Shown piece after piece: positions 24,475 to 36,210 of a DNA stretch of 64,000 nucleotides. The first letter of the stretch is position 1; every line of letters starts with the position of its first letter. Made by a program: the position numbers and the translations under genes. The notes below the pieces were generated by a model. It had not been told where the DNA came from and searched no databases. It worked only from the letters and a program-made list of their open reading frames with translations. Origin of the DNA: Spirogloea muscicola (lineage: Eukaryota); assembly GCA_009602725.1 (NCBI GenBank), contig WELB01000011.1, forward strand, positions 1,291,361 to 1,355,360, in the 5' to 3' direction.

Positions 24475-26225
24475 CAATACATTGTTCAGGCAGAGTCGAG
24501 TGCAGACTAAACAATGCTACATAATACGGAGACCTAATCTAAGGCACCTAAGATGACATTAGTACCCACGGGTGAGCACAAACAAATCTGACAAGCTAAC
24601 TTGGGGAGCTGGAGCGCCGCCACGAAAGCCGGAGGCCTGACTTAGAGCGCGCCCTGCACGTTGATGAAGAGCCAAAGGAGAAAGCGCGGCCAGATTGACT
24701 GGTGGCTGGGAAAGGCCAGCCCAAAGAGAAGCGCGGCCAGATTGACTGGTGACCCAAAGGAATGGACAAGGTCTGAAGAAGAAGATGAGCTCGCCCATAG
24801 AAGAGAGGGGCTGGCAGAAGCCAGCCAAAAAAGAATGGACAAAATCCAAAAGAAGGGAAACACACTAGCTAGGCATCGAGACAACTAGACATGACGGAAC
24901 CACACTGAAGGAGCCGGAGTGCGAAGGACTAGGACTAAGACATCGGCCAGGGTACGTTCAGTAACCTCTAGTCAGGAGATGCAAGTCTGAGTAGAAGAAA
25001 AAGTCTGAGTAGCTAGCCGGCGGAAAAGAAGAAGAAAGGGCTCGCCCATTGAGGATAGGGGCTGGACAAGCCAGCCCAAAAAAGAATGAACAAAGAACGA
25101 GAAGGGGGCGGAAAGGAGCCGGAGTACGAAGGACTAGGACTACACCCATGGGGCGCTGGGCGCTCGGTGGCTCGAGCTGCTCACCCAGCTCGCCCGCCAC
25201 ACCATCGCCCGTCGCTTCCATGGGGAGCCGGTAGACTTCCTGCAGCCGGGTCGCTGGCGCAAGTGTATCGAATGCGCCTGGCCGTCTCGCTGCAGAGGTC
25301 TATGGCCCGGGCGTTGCACCACTTGCCGGCAGAGCCCTCGCTGCTGCCTCTGGCTCTGGCCAGGAGACCCACTTCCACGAGCCTAGCATCTCCGACCGGC
25401 GGCTGCTTAGCAGAGGTTACTGAGTGATTCGTAGCTGTTTTGTTTCTCGGTGTGCTCATTTTTCTTAGCGCTTCCCCTGGCCCCCTTCTCGTACTCTGTT
25501 CATTCTTTTTTGGGCTGGCTTTTCCAGCCCGGCGCTTCCATGGGGAGCCGGTTGACTTCCCTGCAGCCGGGTCGCTGGCGCAAGTGTATCGAATGCGCCT
25601 GGCCGTCTCGCTGCAGAAGAAAGTGCTCGCCCATTGAGAGGCCATTGAGAGGCCATCTCGCTGCAGAGGTCCATGGCCCGGGCGCTGCACCTTCGTGCCG
25701 GCAGAGCCCTCGCTGCTGCCTCTGGCTCTGGCCAGGGGACCCACTTCCAGGAGCCCAGCATCTCTGATCTGCGGCTGCTTAGCAGGGGTTACTGAGTGTC
25801 TCGTAGCAGCTTTGTTTCTGTTACTTAGCGCTTCCCCTGGCCCCCTTCTCGTACTCTGTTCATTCTTTTTCGGGCTGGTTGTTCCAGCCCCTATTCTCAA
25901 TGGGCGAGCACTTTCTCTTTTCCAGCCCCTATTCTCAATGGGCGAGCACTTTCTTCACTAAAGTTGAGAGAGCGGCTGTTGCAGCCAGCCAGTTGCATGC
26001 GGAGGGTTCATGTTCATGACTCTTTTGGCAGAGCCAGCCACAGGCTAGGCAGAAATGCGGCTGCTGATACTAAAGAATCGGCTGTAAACTGCCAGCCAGA
26101 TGCATACAGGTGTTCATGACGGAGCCAAAGGCTAGGCAGACGGGGCGCCATTGGTACCCCCGTGCCAGCAACAGGAAGTCCGATGAGCCGAAGTGGAACG
26201 CGGAGAGGAAGCAGGGGTCCAAAGG
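24475..26225. mobile_element. Nested stack of short CRE-like retrotransposon 3' fragments in both orientations
   Basis: ORF termini at 24559(-), 24958(-), ~25423(+), ~25795(+), ~26150(-). Multiple 3' hairpin/TTC tails. TSD-flanked micro-insertions at 24983-25012 and 25601-25667. Confidence 0.88.
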
Positions 26226-26295
26226 TTTTTTTATATCAGCACCCTCGCAGATTTGTTTTTGGTCCAAAGGTTTACTTCTCTTTTGGGTGTCAGTG

Positions 26296-29247
26296 GCTGT
26301 TCTCTTCTCCCGGCTGCTGCGCGGGAGCGTCCCCCACGGCGGCCGCGGGCATGGCCGGCAGCCCCACCTGGAGCGCGTCCAGCTGTTTGAGGGCGGCCAT
26401 TGGGAGGCGCTCCTGGCGCGCCATGATGCAGCGGTGGCCGCCTCGGCTGCAACTCGAGGCGATGAGCGGGCAGCGCCAGACAGGGCCGCCAAGCCCGCCG
26501 GGCATTGCGCTTCGGGCATGCGGGCGAGCTGTCTAGGGCAGTCCAGGCCCTGGACGACTCGGTGCTGGCGCCAATCAACGAAGCCACACGGGCGGCCCTG
26601 GCGTCCCTGCACCCGGAGGCCCGCTCCCCCCTGCCTCCGTGGCTGGCCACCTACGCACCGCCGGAGGAGGTGGCCCTCGACTCCGACGCCCTTCGGCAGG
26701 CTCTGCAGAGCAGCCGCCGCGCAGCCGCTGGAGGTTCGTCACACATGCTCACCGAGCATCTCCGCGAGCTCTTCCGGGAGGGAGATCCAAGTGACTTCCA
26801 GGCGCTCCACCAGGCAAGGAGCTGGCACACGTGCCAGCTCCTTGCTCGCGACCAGGTCCCGGCCAGCATCCGCGGCGTCATCTGCACCAGCAAGCTGCTG
26901 GCCCTCAGCAAGGCCAAGGGGGGGTCCAGGCCCATTGCCGTCGGCGAAGTGCTCTACCGCCTGGTGGGGCGCGCGCTATGGAAACAGCACGCGGGGCTGG
27001 CCCTGGAACACCTGGCGCCCCACCAGTTCGGCGGGGGGCTGCGGAGCCGCGGCGAGGTGGTCGTGCACGGCGTACGGGCCACCTTGGACCTGAACCCCGG
27101 TTGAAAGGCCTTGGCGGTGGATGTCCAGAATGCATACAACAGCGCAGACCGGGATGTCATCGCAGAGGAGCTGAGGACGGCCTTCCCCAGCCTCCTACCC
27201 TTCTTCAGGCTGGGCTATGGTCAGCCAAGCGACTTGCTGTGGTAGACAGGGCAGGGGGTGGTGGAGGTCCTCCATTCCTCCACAGGCGCGCGCCAAGGGG
27301 ATCTGCTGGCTGGGCTGTACTATGTGCTGGCCCACAAACGTGCGCTGCTGGCCACGCTCGCGGCTCACCCCCGGGTCCACACCCCCACGTATGCTGATGA
27401 CACAACGCTGGTGGGGCCGCCAGACGATGTCGTGGCAGCCTTTGGCACCCTCAAGGTGCAGCTAGGCGCGATCGGCTTGGGCATCCGCGCAGCCAAATGC
27501 AGTGCTTGGTCTTTCCAGGGCCTCCCAGCCCACCTGCGCTTGCCCTCGGACTGCCAGACACCAGCTGGGGGCTTCACCCTCCTTGGCGCCCCCATAGGCT
27601 TCCCAGCCTTTGTGGTGGAGCAGCTCCAGGCACGACTGCTGGAGCACCTCCGGCCGGCGCACCGCCTCCACACGCTGCAAGACATGCAGCTGGCGACCAA
27701 AATGCTGACCAGGTGCATTGCCCAGCGTCCGCACTACTTGGCCCGCGTCCTCCCTCCCTCCACGGTGGTGAAGGCGGTATACGCGGCTTTTGACTCTGGC
27801 ATTCTGGCGAGCGCTGCCACTCTACTCCAGCACCCGGCTTCCTCACCAAGCCAGCCGCGCTGCTCCAGGCTAGCCTGCCTGTCAGTCGCGGCGGTCTGGG
27901 CTGCCGCCCAGTCGCCCGCGCCTGTGAGGCCGCCTACCTGGGCAGCTGGGCGCAGGTCGCCGCACCCATCAGCCAGCGGTTCCAAGCTGACGGCATCCGC
28001 ACCTTGGAGCGGGTGGTGGCTGAGGTGGAGAACGGCTCGCTGCCCTTCCAGGCTGCTCTCCGCACTGCCCGCGACACGCGATGGGCTCCTGGCGGCCCAC
28101 CCCGACATGTCGAAGCAGGTTGTTCCGTTCATCCACCTGGCGCACACCCCCGACCTGCGGGCCCAGGCCCGCTACTCTGCGCTTGTGGATAAAGCGGCCC
28201 ATGACCGGGTGGTGGAGCTCCTTCCGCCGCACGACATTCGAAGGCGCGCCCGGCTCCTCTCAGCCTCCTCCCCCGGGGCGGCGGCGTGGGTATCTGCGCT
28301 CCCCATTTACGCGGCTCTCACCATGCCTGACGCAGTCTACAGGACGGCGGCCCACCGGCTTCTGGGCTTCCTCCTCCCCTGCCTCATTGGAGTCATGCAA
28401 TGCGAGTGCGGTGCCCGCCACGCCGACCCTGCGGAGCTGGCGGCCCACATGCTCCGTTGTGCCCACGGCGGCGAGAGGACCAGATCCCATGACCTTCTCA
28501 GGGACGGCATGCAGCGTATCTTCATTGAAGCGGGCTACAAGGTGGCCGTGGAGCACACATCGATAATGCCCACCGTGCGCGGCGCCGATGGTCAGCTCCA
28601 CACCCGGCGCACCGACCTAGTCGCCATCCCGCCCGGCGGCGGTCCGCGTATCATCGCGGATGTGGTGACCGCCGACTGTGTCGACTCCGCCATCCCCTCC
28701 AAGTCAGCGGCGACCGCTGGGCATGCGGTCACTTTGGTGGCCCGGAGCAAGGAGCGGAAGCATGCAGATCACCCCCCAGGCAATGAATTCGCGGCCCTTG
28801 CCATCGACGTCCACGGGGCTTATGGCAGCGGCTGGCTGGATCTCCTCCAGCGGCTTGCCCGGCAGGTCATCAAGCGGCGGCCGGGTCCGCCAGGGGCTGC
28901 CCGGCTTCAACGCGGCCGGCTCCCTGGCCCAGGTCTTCCGGATGCGGCTCTCCGTGTCCCTTCAACTCTTTCTCGCTCATGCCGTCCACTCGCGCGCGGG
29001 CCGTGCAATCGTTGCTGCTTTTGGGTCTCGTCTGCCTGCATCTTTTCCAGCTTCGAGCTGCTCTGACCTGATGTTGCTCACCCGCGGGTATTGAGCTTCC
29101 TGTGACTCCGTCGTGTCTAGTTGTCTAGATGCCTAGCTGTGTATTTCCCTTCTTTCCGGCACCTGTTGTGGCTCTTTGGTTTTTGTCCATTCTTTTTGGG
29201 CTGGCTTCTGCCAGCTCCTCTTTTCTATGGGCGAGCTCCTCTCTTTG
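26296..29247 (+). mobile_element. CRE-like non-LTR retrotransposon (RT + CCHC zinc knuckle + restriction-like endonuclease), 5'-truncated and decayed
   Basis: GELSRAVQAL; RPIAVGEVLYRLVGRAL; LAPHQFG; VDVQNAYNS; GARQGD; YADD; LLGAPIG; AWVSALP; CECG...HMLRC..GGERTRSHD; RTDL...IIADV; K..KH; RMRLSVSLQ...SDLMLLTRGY* (29094). Stops at 27102 and 27243 and several frameshifts. The 3'UTR ends GGGCGAGCTCCTCTCTTT. Confidence 0.92.
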
Positions 29248-29249
29248 GG

Positions 29250-29830
29250 AGTCTGGAGATGCAAGTCTGAGTAGCTAGCTGGCGGAAAGACGTCGCCCTG
29301 AAGGAAGCCGGAGGCCGCCGCCAAAGCTCGGCCTGCGCGCAAGTGAACCGCGAAGGCAAGGGACCGCTGCATCGAGATGGCCAAACGCATTCGGAAGACT
29401 CGAGCGAGGGACCCGGCGACATTGAAGCCGGGCTGCTCGCCCTGCTGCCCGAGGCGGCGGGCCGCTGCACGCCGCGCAAGGTGGTGAAGCAAGTCCAGCC
29501 ATTTTTGGGCTGGCTTTGCCGGCAGAAAGTGCTCGCCCATTGAGGATAGGGGCTGGAAAGCCAGCCCAAAAAAGAATACACAAAGTACGAGACGGGGGCC
29601 AGGGGAAGCGCTAAGAAAAGAAGAAAGTGCTCGCCCATTGAGGATAGGTGCTGGAACTAAGAAAAACAAGCACACAAACAAACAAAGCAGCTATGAATCA
29701 CTCTATAACCCCTCTTAAGCAGCCGCAGACCAGAGATGCTAGGCTCCTGGATGGGGGTTGTGAAAAGCCAGCCCAAGAGATAGCGCGGCCAGATTGACAA
29801 AAAGACACAAGTCGATGCAAAGCAAGAGCT
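29250..29830 (-). mobile_element. Opposite-strand CRE-like fragments abutting the 3' end of the long copy
   Basis: WLDLLHHLARRAAARR...FRMRLAISMQRSLAFAVHLRAGRA...SYSDLHL. Further 3'UTR/hairpin copies. A 9-bp TSD CTAAGAAAA at 29611 and 29657 flanks a 3'-end insert. Confidence 0.85.
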
Positions 29831-29899
29831 CACTTCTTCCTTCATACCAGAAGACCGGACGATTCCAGGAGAATATAGAGAACAAAATAGAATACTATC

Positions 29900-32800
29900 T
29901 CCCTGTTCCCAAGGGGCCGGTGCTTTCAGTGCCGTTGCTAATTAGAGCTTAGTAAGTGCTTACCCAACGTGGTAGTTGTTTCAGTTGTGTAAATGCATTG
30001 GTCTGCCACAGCTATATGCACATGCAGTTGTGAGATGCATGATGAACTGCATAGTAACATAACATTTGATGGGGTTGAAGCCGGAGGACTGCTGCCACTG
30101 GAGCACGGAAGAGAGTAGAGGTTTTCACGTTCAAATGTTTTGAAAAATGTCGTACTTGGTATGCAGCATGACCTTTTGAGTGAATCAGAAGTTTCTAGCT
30201 CCCACTGCTTACGTATGCAAGTTGATCGTTGTTGTCTCACAGGACAGTATTTACCACAGATTCTTTTGGTACATTAACATGGTGGGCACTTGAGAGGCTT
30301 ATCAAGTCCGTGGAGGAGAAACATATGCAACGTATCCCTTACTCACTGCAACAAGGGCTTTTACTTTCCCATCCCCTTTTGGGGAACGTCTATTGTGTCT
30401 GGATCTGTGCAAGAATAAGGAGGTACGTACCAGTGGCCTTGGGTCCTTGCACTTGAGACCTGGCAGGCAGGCTTTACTTTGATGCATTTTGGCTGCCAAG
30501 CAAGGCTATTGTCTGCACTGCTTGGCTGTTAGATGGTGGAGGCACAGTCATCCTCTATCACTTAGCCCCACGGAGTCCTCCACTTGATTTTTTGCGCAGC
30601 TTCTTGTCTGTGGCGACCAGAAAAGCAACATCTTTGTCTTCTCTTGCCCAGCTGCAATGCTTGCCAAATCTCCGCCTTCACTTGTGGCCATAACTAAAGC
30701 TGCACATGGTATGTTGGCAATTCTTTCAGTTGCAATTTCAGAAAATGTATTTGATGCTGAGAAGATCGACATTTCCTCGGTGAGCAGGCTCGTTGCTCAA
30801 AAATCTTAATCAAGCATGAGTTGCAGCTACAATATCAGCATTTGTGCTTAATTGTGAGTGCCATATCTTGGTTAGCGGATTTCTTCGATTCACATTATGG
30901 CCAACTATGTTACCTGCATGCCAGCTGATCCCAACTTCTGGTCACCTCGCGCAGACGGGGAGAGATGGCTGCATATGCCACCATTTTCATACCAGTCGAG
31001 CATCTACAGAAAAGACGGCAACTATGACAAGTCTTAGGGTCGAGCCAGTGCCAGGGATCACTGTAGTGGAAGCAGTAGTGACGAAACAAGGCATGCCAGA
31101 GATAGAGGAGAATGATCATGAGCGCATGGCAGTAGACTTCTCTGCGTCTGATTTCCTCATCTGGAGCCTCTCCAGCCAACTTGAGGTAAGCAAGTCTGAC
31201 GGAATTTAGCTGATTGCTCTTTATGGTTCTTGCTACTGATTTTCGTAAAACCAGCAGCTTGTTGAGAAGCCTGCCACAAAGGGCAGGGCATCCTTGTCGT
31301 TGAAGTGATATCCAGCCCAACAGATGTCTTAGTCAGGTAGCCGTTGATACACAAAATACACATATTACATATTGATTCACAACATGTTCTTTTGTGAAGC
31401 TCCTGCGTGTCCGTTGTGGTGGGTGGAATCGCCCACATTCTATTATTGTGGATAATCTACAAGCCTTCCGCCATTGTTTTGCATATCTCAAGGTTCAGTC
31501 CTTGTGCTGCTAGAGATGGTGTTACACTCCTCATTCAATGACCTCTTTGATTAGCAGAGTCAGAGACTTGCTTGCATCTTCATCAGTTGTGCAATCTTAA
31601 ATGTTTCAGACATATCTTGTACAGCAAATTGGCACACATTATCAGTGACGATGCACAACCAACAGCGACATACAGTCACCATTGGCACCCTAACCCTACT
31701 TAGAGTTGGAGAGCCAAAGAGGTTACAGTCAGAGAATTGTCCTCAAATGACTTGGCAAGCTTTTGAATCCTATTAGTTCTGTGCTTTTGAACTCACATGG
31801 CAGGATCAGAAGATCCATATACATCGTGAGGTGCCCAATCCTGCACATCAAGAAGCTTCTTGTAGTGGGCAGATTGTACACCCACGGTCTTTTCAGCTCC
31901 AAAATCATGGGAGAGATATATATACCGCTTCCTTCACAAGGCCACCAGCAAGGCACAGTACTCCTATATTTTGACAGGATCAGAAACTGGTACAGTAAGG
32001 ACCATCAAGTGAGGCCAATGATGACTGGCTCTGCATGCTTTAGATTCATATGCGAAGTGGGAAATGCTTATCCTTGTCTATCGTACTTGATACCCCGATA
32101 CTAAAAAGCGGACCACGTTGTAGATATTGAATAGTTCCAATCTGCACTTTTTGCAAGCTGTCAGAAGCCTCACTCTGATGCACTATAATTTGGTGCATGC
32201 TTGTGAAAATACATTGCAGATGCAAGGACCAGTCAGCAAAAGCTGGGGTCGGCAAAAGTTCTAGGAGAGCTGGCAGGTCGTGCACCTGTAAGAGCAAGTG
32301 CTGTGGCAACAGAGATTGGCTAAGTGGTAGGTGAAAGTGTTGTACCATTGTATATGACGCCATCAGCAGATGGACAGGCCATCAGACCATCCGTGATCAC
32401 CGTGACTGCAGGAGCCAAGGAAGGCATGGCCTGCTGGTCGCATGAGTGGGTGCAAGTTGCAGTGGAAGATGTTGGCTTGCTTATGCCGGAAGTCGCCCTC
32501 TCTCAAAACCACGACCCTATCAGCTTGTTTCGGGCTGGGTGAGCACATTCAGACCAGCAAGGTCAAAGTAGATTTCAGCCCCAAAAGTCGAGGATATGTT
32601 AGTTGACGACTTACTCATTTCTCCTGATGGGGGCTCATCTCACAAGGGAGGCGATGCTGTGAAAGCGGGAGGTTCAGGCTTTGAAGATCAAGAGCTGCCG
32701 CCCATTCACAGTGCTTCTAACACTTGGCAAGAGCAGAATGAGCAGCGTATCTTGGCAATTACATCTTTCAGTGTTGGCAGCATACAGTCCTGGTAAGTCA

Positions 32801-33700
32801 CACTCTTTGTCGACACGCAATTGAAGGCCTGACATGAGTGACTCCAATAGAGAACAGAAGTAGGTAGTATCAGTATTCACTTCCAAGCACATTTCACCCA
32901 TTTATTGACATACATATCTTAGGTGCACTTTTGCGTTCACGTGCTCTTCATACTTTCTGAGGCATTGATGGTAGTCACTGCATGGAGATCATTGATTGTG
33001 AACATAATCGCAGCCGTCTCAGACGCTCAACTTCGACTCCATGTATTCCATGCTGCAACAGATACATGGTAAGATGTTGCTTATGAAGCACTGGTCCATC
33101 TTGTTCAGAAGTTGAGAACAGGGGCGCTGCTTTGATTTCACAAAGAAGCCAAAGTTTGCACCATAGTGGACTGCAAAAGAGGCGAGCTCTTTATGCCACA
33201 TGAAGTGCTCAAGAAGCCCAAGCAGACATTGAGTGGGATGAGCTCGTATAGACAGTAGTGATGTGGCTCAAATGCTGATGCTAGTCGTCCATTAGCTGAG
33301 CTCAATGTCCTTATTTACGCCAGGGCTACTCATTGGTGTGCACCTGTGTGCCCTGAACCAGGCACCTGCTTGCTGTACCATGTCATCATGCTGCCCCTGT
33401 GCTCTCACTCGCGCGCGTCATATACTCCAAGAAGAAGCACAAAGTGTTGAACAGGCAATCTCAGGAAGATCTACTTGGTAAGAGCTGTGTGAGCACGACC
33501 ATCCTGATGCAGATGAGCTTGCAGGAAGCATTGAGCATGGTGATTACACTAGTTGATCAAGACTGTCACTTCATATGTCATTTGCCTTTGCTGCAGAGGG
33601 TCACCGCTTGGAGGATCTGGCTTTCATCGTCTGCAGCGGCGCCACGGATGGTGCTGCCGCCATCTGGGACGTCACATCCTCTGTCAAGTTCTTCTTGTGA
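29900..33700 (-). pseudogene. AT-richer block of decayed coding-like sequence, unidentified (old TE, viral relic or pseudogene)
   Basis: Short protein-like minus-strand stretches broken by stops (HYKKLLDVQDWAPHDVYGSSDP; LAYLKLAGEAPDEEIRRREV...FHYSDPWHWLDP). No spliceable host-gene model found. Confidence 0.3.
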
Positions 33701-33749
33701 ACACTGAGTCCTTCGTTTCTGAGCCACCCACTTCAGCCAGGCTTCCGCT

Positions 33750-34420
33750 TAGTAATCTGCTGTAGGTTATGTAGATCTTTAGATGTGCTTGCCTTTGTAC
33801 TTGGCCATTTGGCCTAGATTTGTTTCTTATACACGACATTTTCGCTTAGGGGCCGAGGCAGTCAAGGTGGGAGCCAGCCCAAAGCCTCCCGCACGCGCCG
33901 TACTGTCTGACAGAGACAGCACATGGAAGATGTACACGGAGATGATCTGTTAAGGAAAGCGCAGAGTCACCAGGGTGGTATTCCACTCTCTCGCCCTGCT
34001 CAACCTGTTGCCAAGACCAGCGTACAGCTTCCAAACTCCGCAGAGAACGAAGGAAGATGTTGCCAGCCCTCTTCTCTATGGGCGAGCACTTCTCTCTTTC
34101 TTCTTTGGACATAGGAGAAAATTCGTGTGTTTGTAATAAACGAAGGCCAAGTGGCCAAGTACGAAGGCAAGCACATCTAAAGAACTACATAACCTAAAGC
34201 AGATTGACCCGCTCAGTAACCACGGGTCAAAACATGAAGGTCGCTAATCGATGCCTGAATACAAGATGTCAGATACGAAGCCCTCCTACCACCAACTAGA
34301 GCTCGTCCAGCTTTCTGGTGCAATGCATTTAAGCCTGAGCACGCTGCAAACAGGCCGCAAGGGGACGGGGGCTGTGGAGAAGAAGAAAAAGAAGAAAGTG
34401 CTCGCCCAGTGTGAAAAGGC
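33750..34420. mobile_element. CRE-like 3' fragments directly upstream of HCF164, including a ~95-bp inverted pair
   Basis: SDLHVLTRGY* at 34213(-). Its 3'UTR (34105-34205) is the inverted counterpart of 33754-33845. 3' ends with TTC tails at 34060-34106(+) and 34378-34410(-). Confidence 0.8.
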
Positions 34421-34509
34421 AGCTCAGGAAGACTCGAGGAGCAGGTTGCAGCCACGCGGGCCAGCCGGGGACAGCCGGGCCAGCGCCGGCGCCGCGGCTC
34501 GCGCCGGCC

Positions 34510-35904
34510 ATGGCGGCGGCTGCGGGGCGGCGCTCGGCGCAACCCGCGCCGGAGACGCGCGGAGGAGGAGCCCGCCGCCGGCGACGGCCGGGGAGGACGC
34601 CGGCGCGACGGCAGAGACGGACGAGGCTCAGCACGGCGAGGTACTGGGCGTCCGCGCCAGGCCCCGCTGCGACGGCTCCTCCGCCAGCGCCGATCACCCT
34701 GTGCCCCGTTGCTGGAGTTCGCACCCCGCCCCGTTGCCTCCGCAGTGCCGGCGCGCCAATGCTGAGGGGCTCTGATGCTGAGAGGCCGCTCGATCTTCCA
34801 CTCCACTTGGTGACTTTGCTGGTGCACTGGTTGCGGGCACCAATTCGGTTGCAGGCCGCACAGCCGGCGTGCCACCCCGAGCCTTCTGGCGTGGCCTCGT
34901 CGGTGGCAGCCAGTGCTGGAGTAGAAGATGGCCAGAGCGGCGGCCGCCGGGGCCTCGCCGTGGCGTCTGTTGCGGCTGCTGTGGGGCTCTTCCTCAGCAC
35001 GAGGCTGGCGGCACCCACCGCCACGCTCGCCTCGCTGGCCGTGCAGGCCACCCCATACGACGAGGTTCCGTCTCCTCCAGCCAATTCCCCTTCCCCACCC
35101 CGGCTCAGCCAAAGCCCTGCACCTGGCCCTCAGCAGCTAACTGATGTCGTCCACCACCTGCGCTTGTGTTGAGAGCTTGTGGTGGATTTGACTTGGCTGT
35201 CACGGAGGACGCGTAAGCTTTGCCAGCACGCACTTGTTGTGATACACCCATGCTTCTCGGTCGTTGGTGGCCAGCAGCACAGCTATGGGAAGCTTTGCTC
35301 AATCTCAGCTCTGATTCTTGACTTGTGAGCACTATGCAGGCGCTGGCGAACGGGCGCCCTACCGTGGTTGAATTTTACGCTGACTGGTGCGAGGTCTGCA
35401 AGGAGATGGCCCGCGAGGTTGGCAGCGCCGAGGACGAGTATAGGTCGGTGCAGCTGTGCTTGCTGCACCAATGCCTTCCCACCTTGCGGTGCGGCTGTTG
35501 CTGCCAGCGCCACTTTGCTTGCTATACAGCTTGCCATGCCAGTAGCTACAAGATGATTGTCTGTAGCATGAATCTCGTCTGAGCTGCAGGCAGTCCATTG
35601 TGCACCGATAACATGCAGGGACCGCGTGAATTTTGTGATGCTCAACGTGGACAACTCAAAGTGGGATGCGGAGCTTGACGAGTTCGGTGTGGAGGGCATT
35701 CCCCACTTTGCATTCCTTGACGCCAAGGGCGACGAGCAGGGCTACGTGGTCGGCCGCCTTCCGCGCTCAGTGCTCAATGACAATCTGGCGGCCATGGCGC
35801 GTGGAGATGCCACGCTGCCTTACTCACAGGTCGTCGGTAGCTACTCTTCGGCCGGCAGCCGCCAGCAGGTGCCAAATGTCAGCCCCAGAAGCCACAGCAA
35901 GTGA
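34510..35904 (+). CDS. HCF164: Thylakoid thioredoxin-like protein HCF164
   Basis: Transit-like N-terminus and TM segment ([18 protein letters not shown]), then [60 protein letters not shown]...VVGRLP, SPRSH. Confidence 0.93.
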
Positions 35905-36210
35905 ATTGTTGAGTGACTCTCGATTGACTCTCCCACTAAAAAGAGCCACATTGTGGAGGATCTTTCAGATCAGCAATGGCATCCGACCCACTCCCATCTT
36001 CAAAGTACTCTCAGCTCCTTCTGAACTTGAATTAGTCAAGGCCAGCACACATTTCTCCAGATTGTGTCAGCGTTTTGCCTGCTGTAGCCGTTGACGCCCC
36101 TGTGCACAGGCTGTGAAGCTGTCCAACGACAGTGTGCCCAAGTCAAGTCTTCCCAATACCAGCGAAGTAACGTTTAGCTATATTTTCAATGAAGCTACAT
36201 TGACAGGCAG

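Noticed and set aside
25872..25915. 3' module as an HDV-like or hammerhead ribozyme
   Set aside because: Only superficial similarity (CCAGCC, GGCGA). I could not build the nested double pseudoknot or find the CUGANGA/GAAA cores on either strand.
24475..26225. CRISPR-like repeat-spacer array
   Set aside because: The repeats vary in sequence, spacing and orientation, and are explained as retrotransposon 3' ends. No cas genes are present.
31625..31660. CIVTDNVCQF as a DDE integrase motif
   Set aside because: An isolated motif; no flanking HHCC, first Asp or downstream Glu motif was recognisable.
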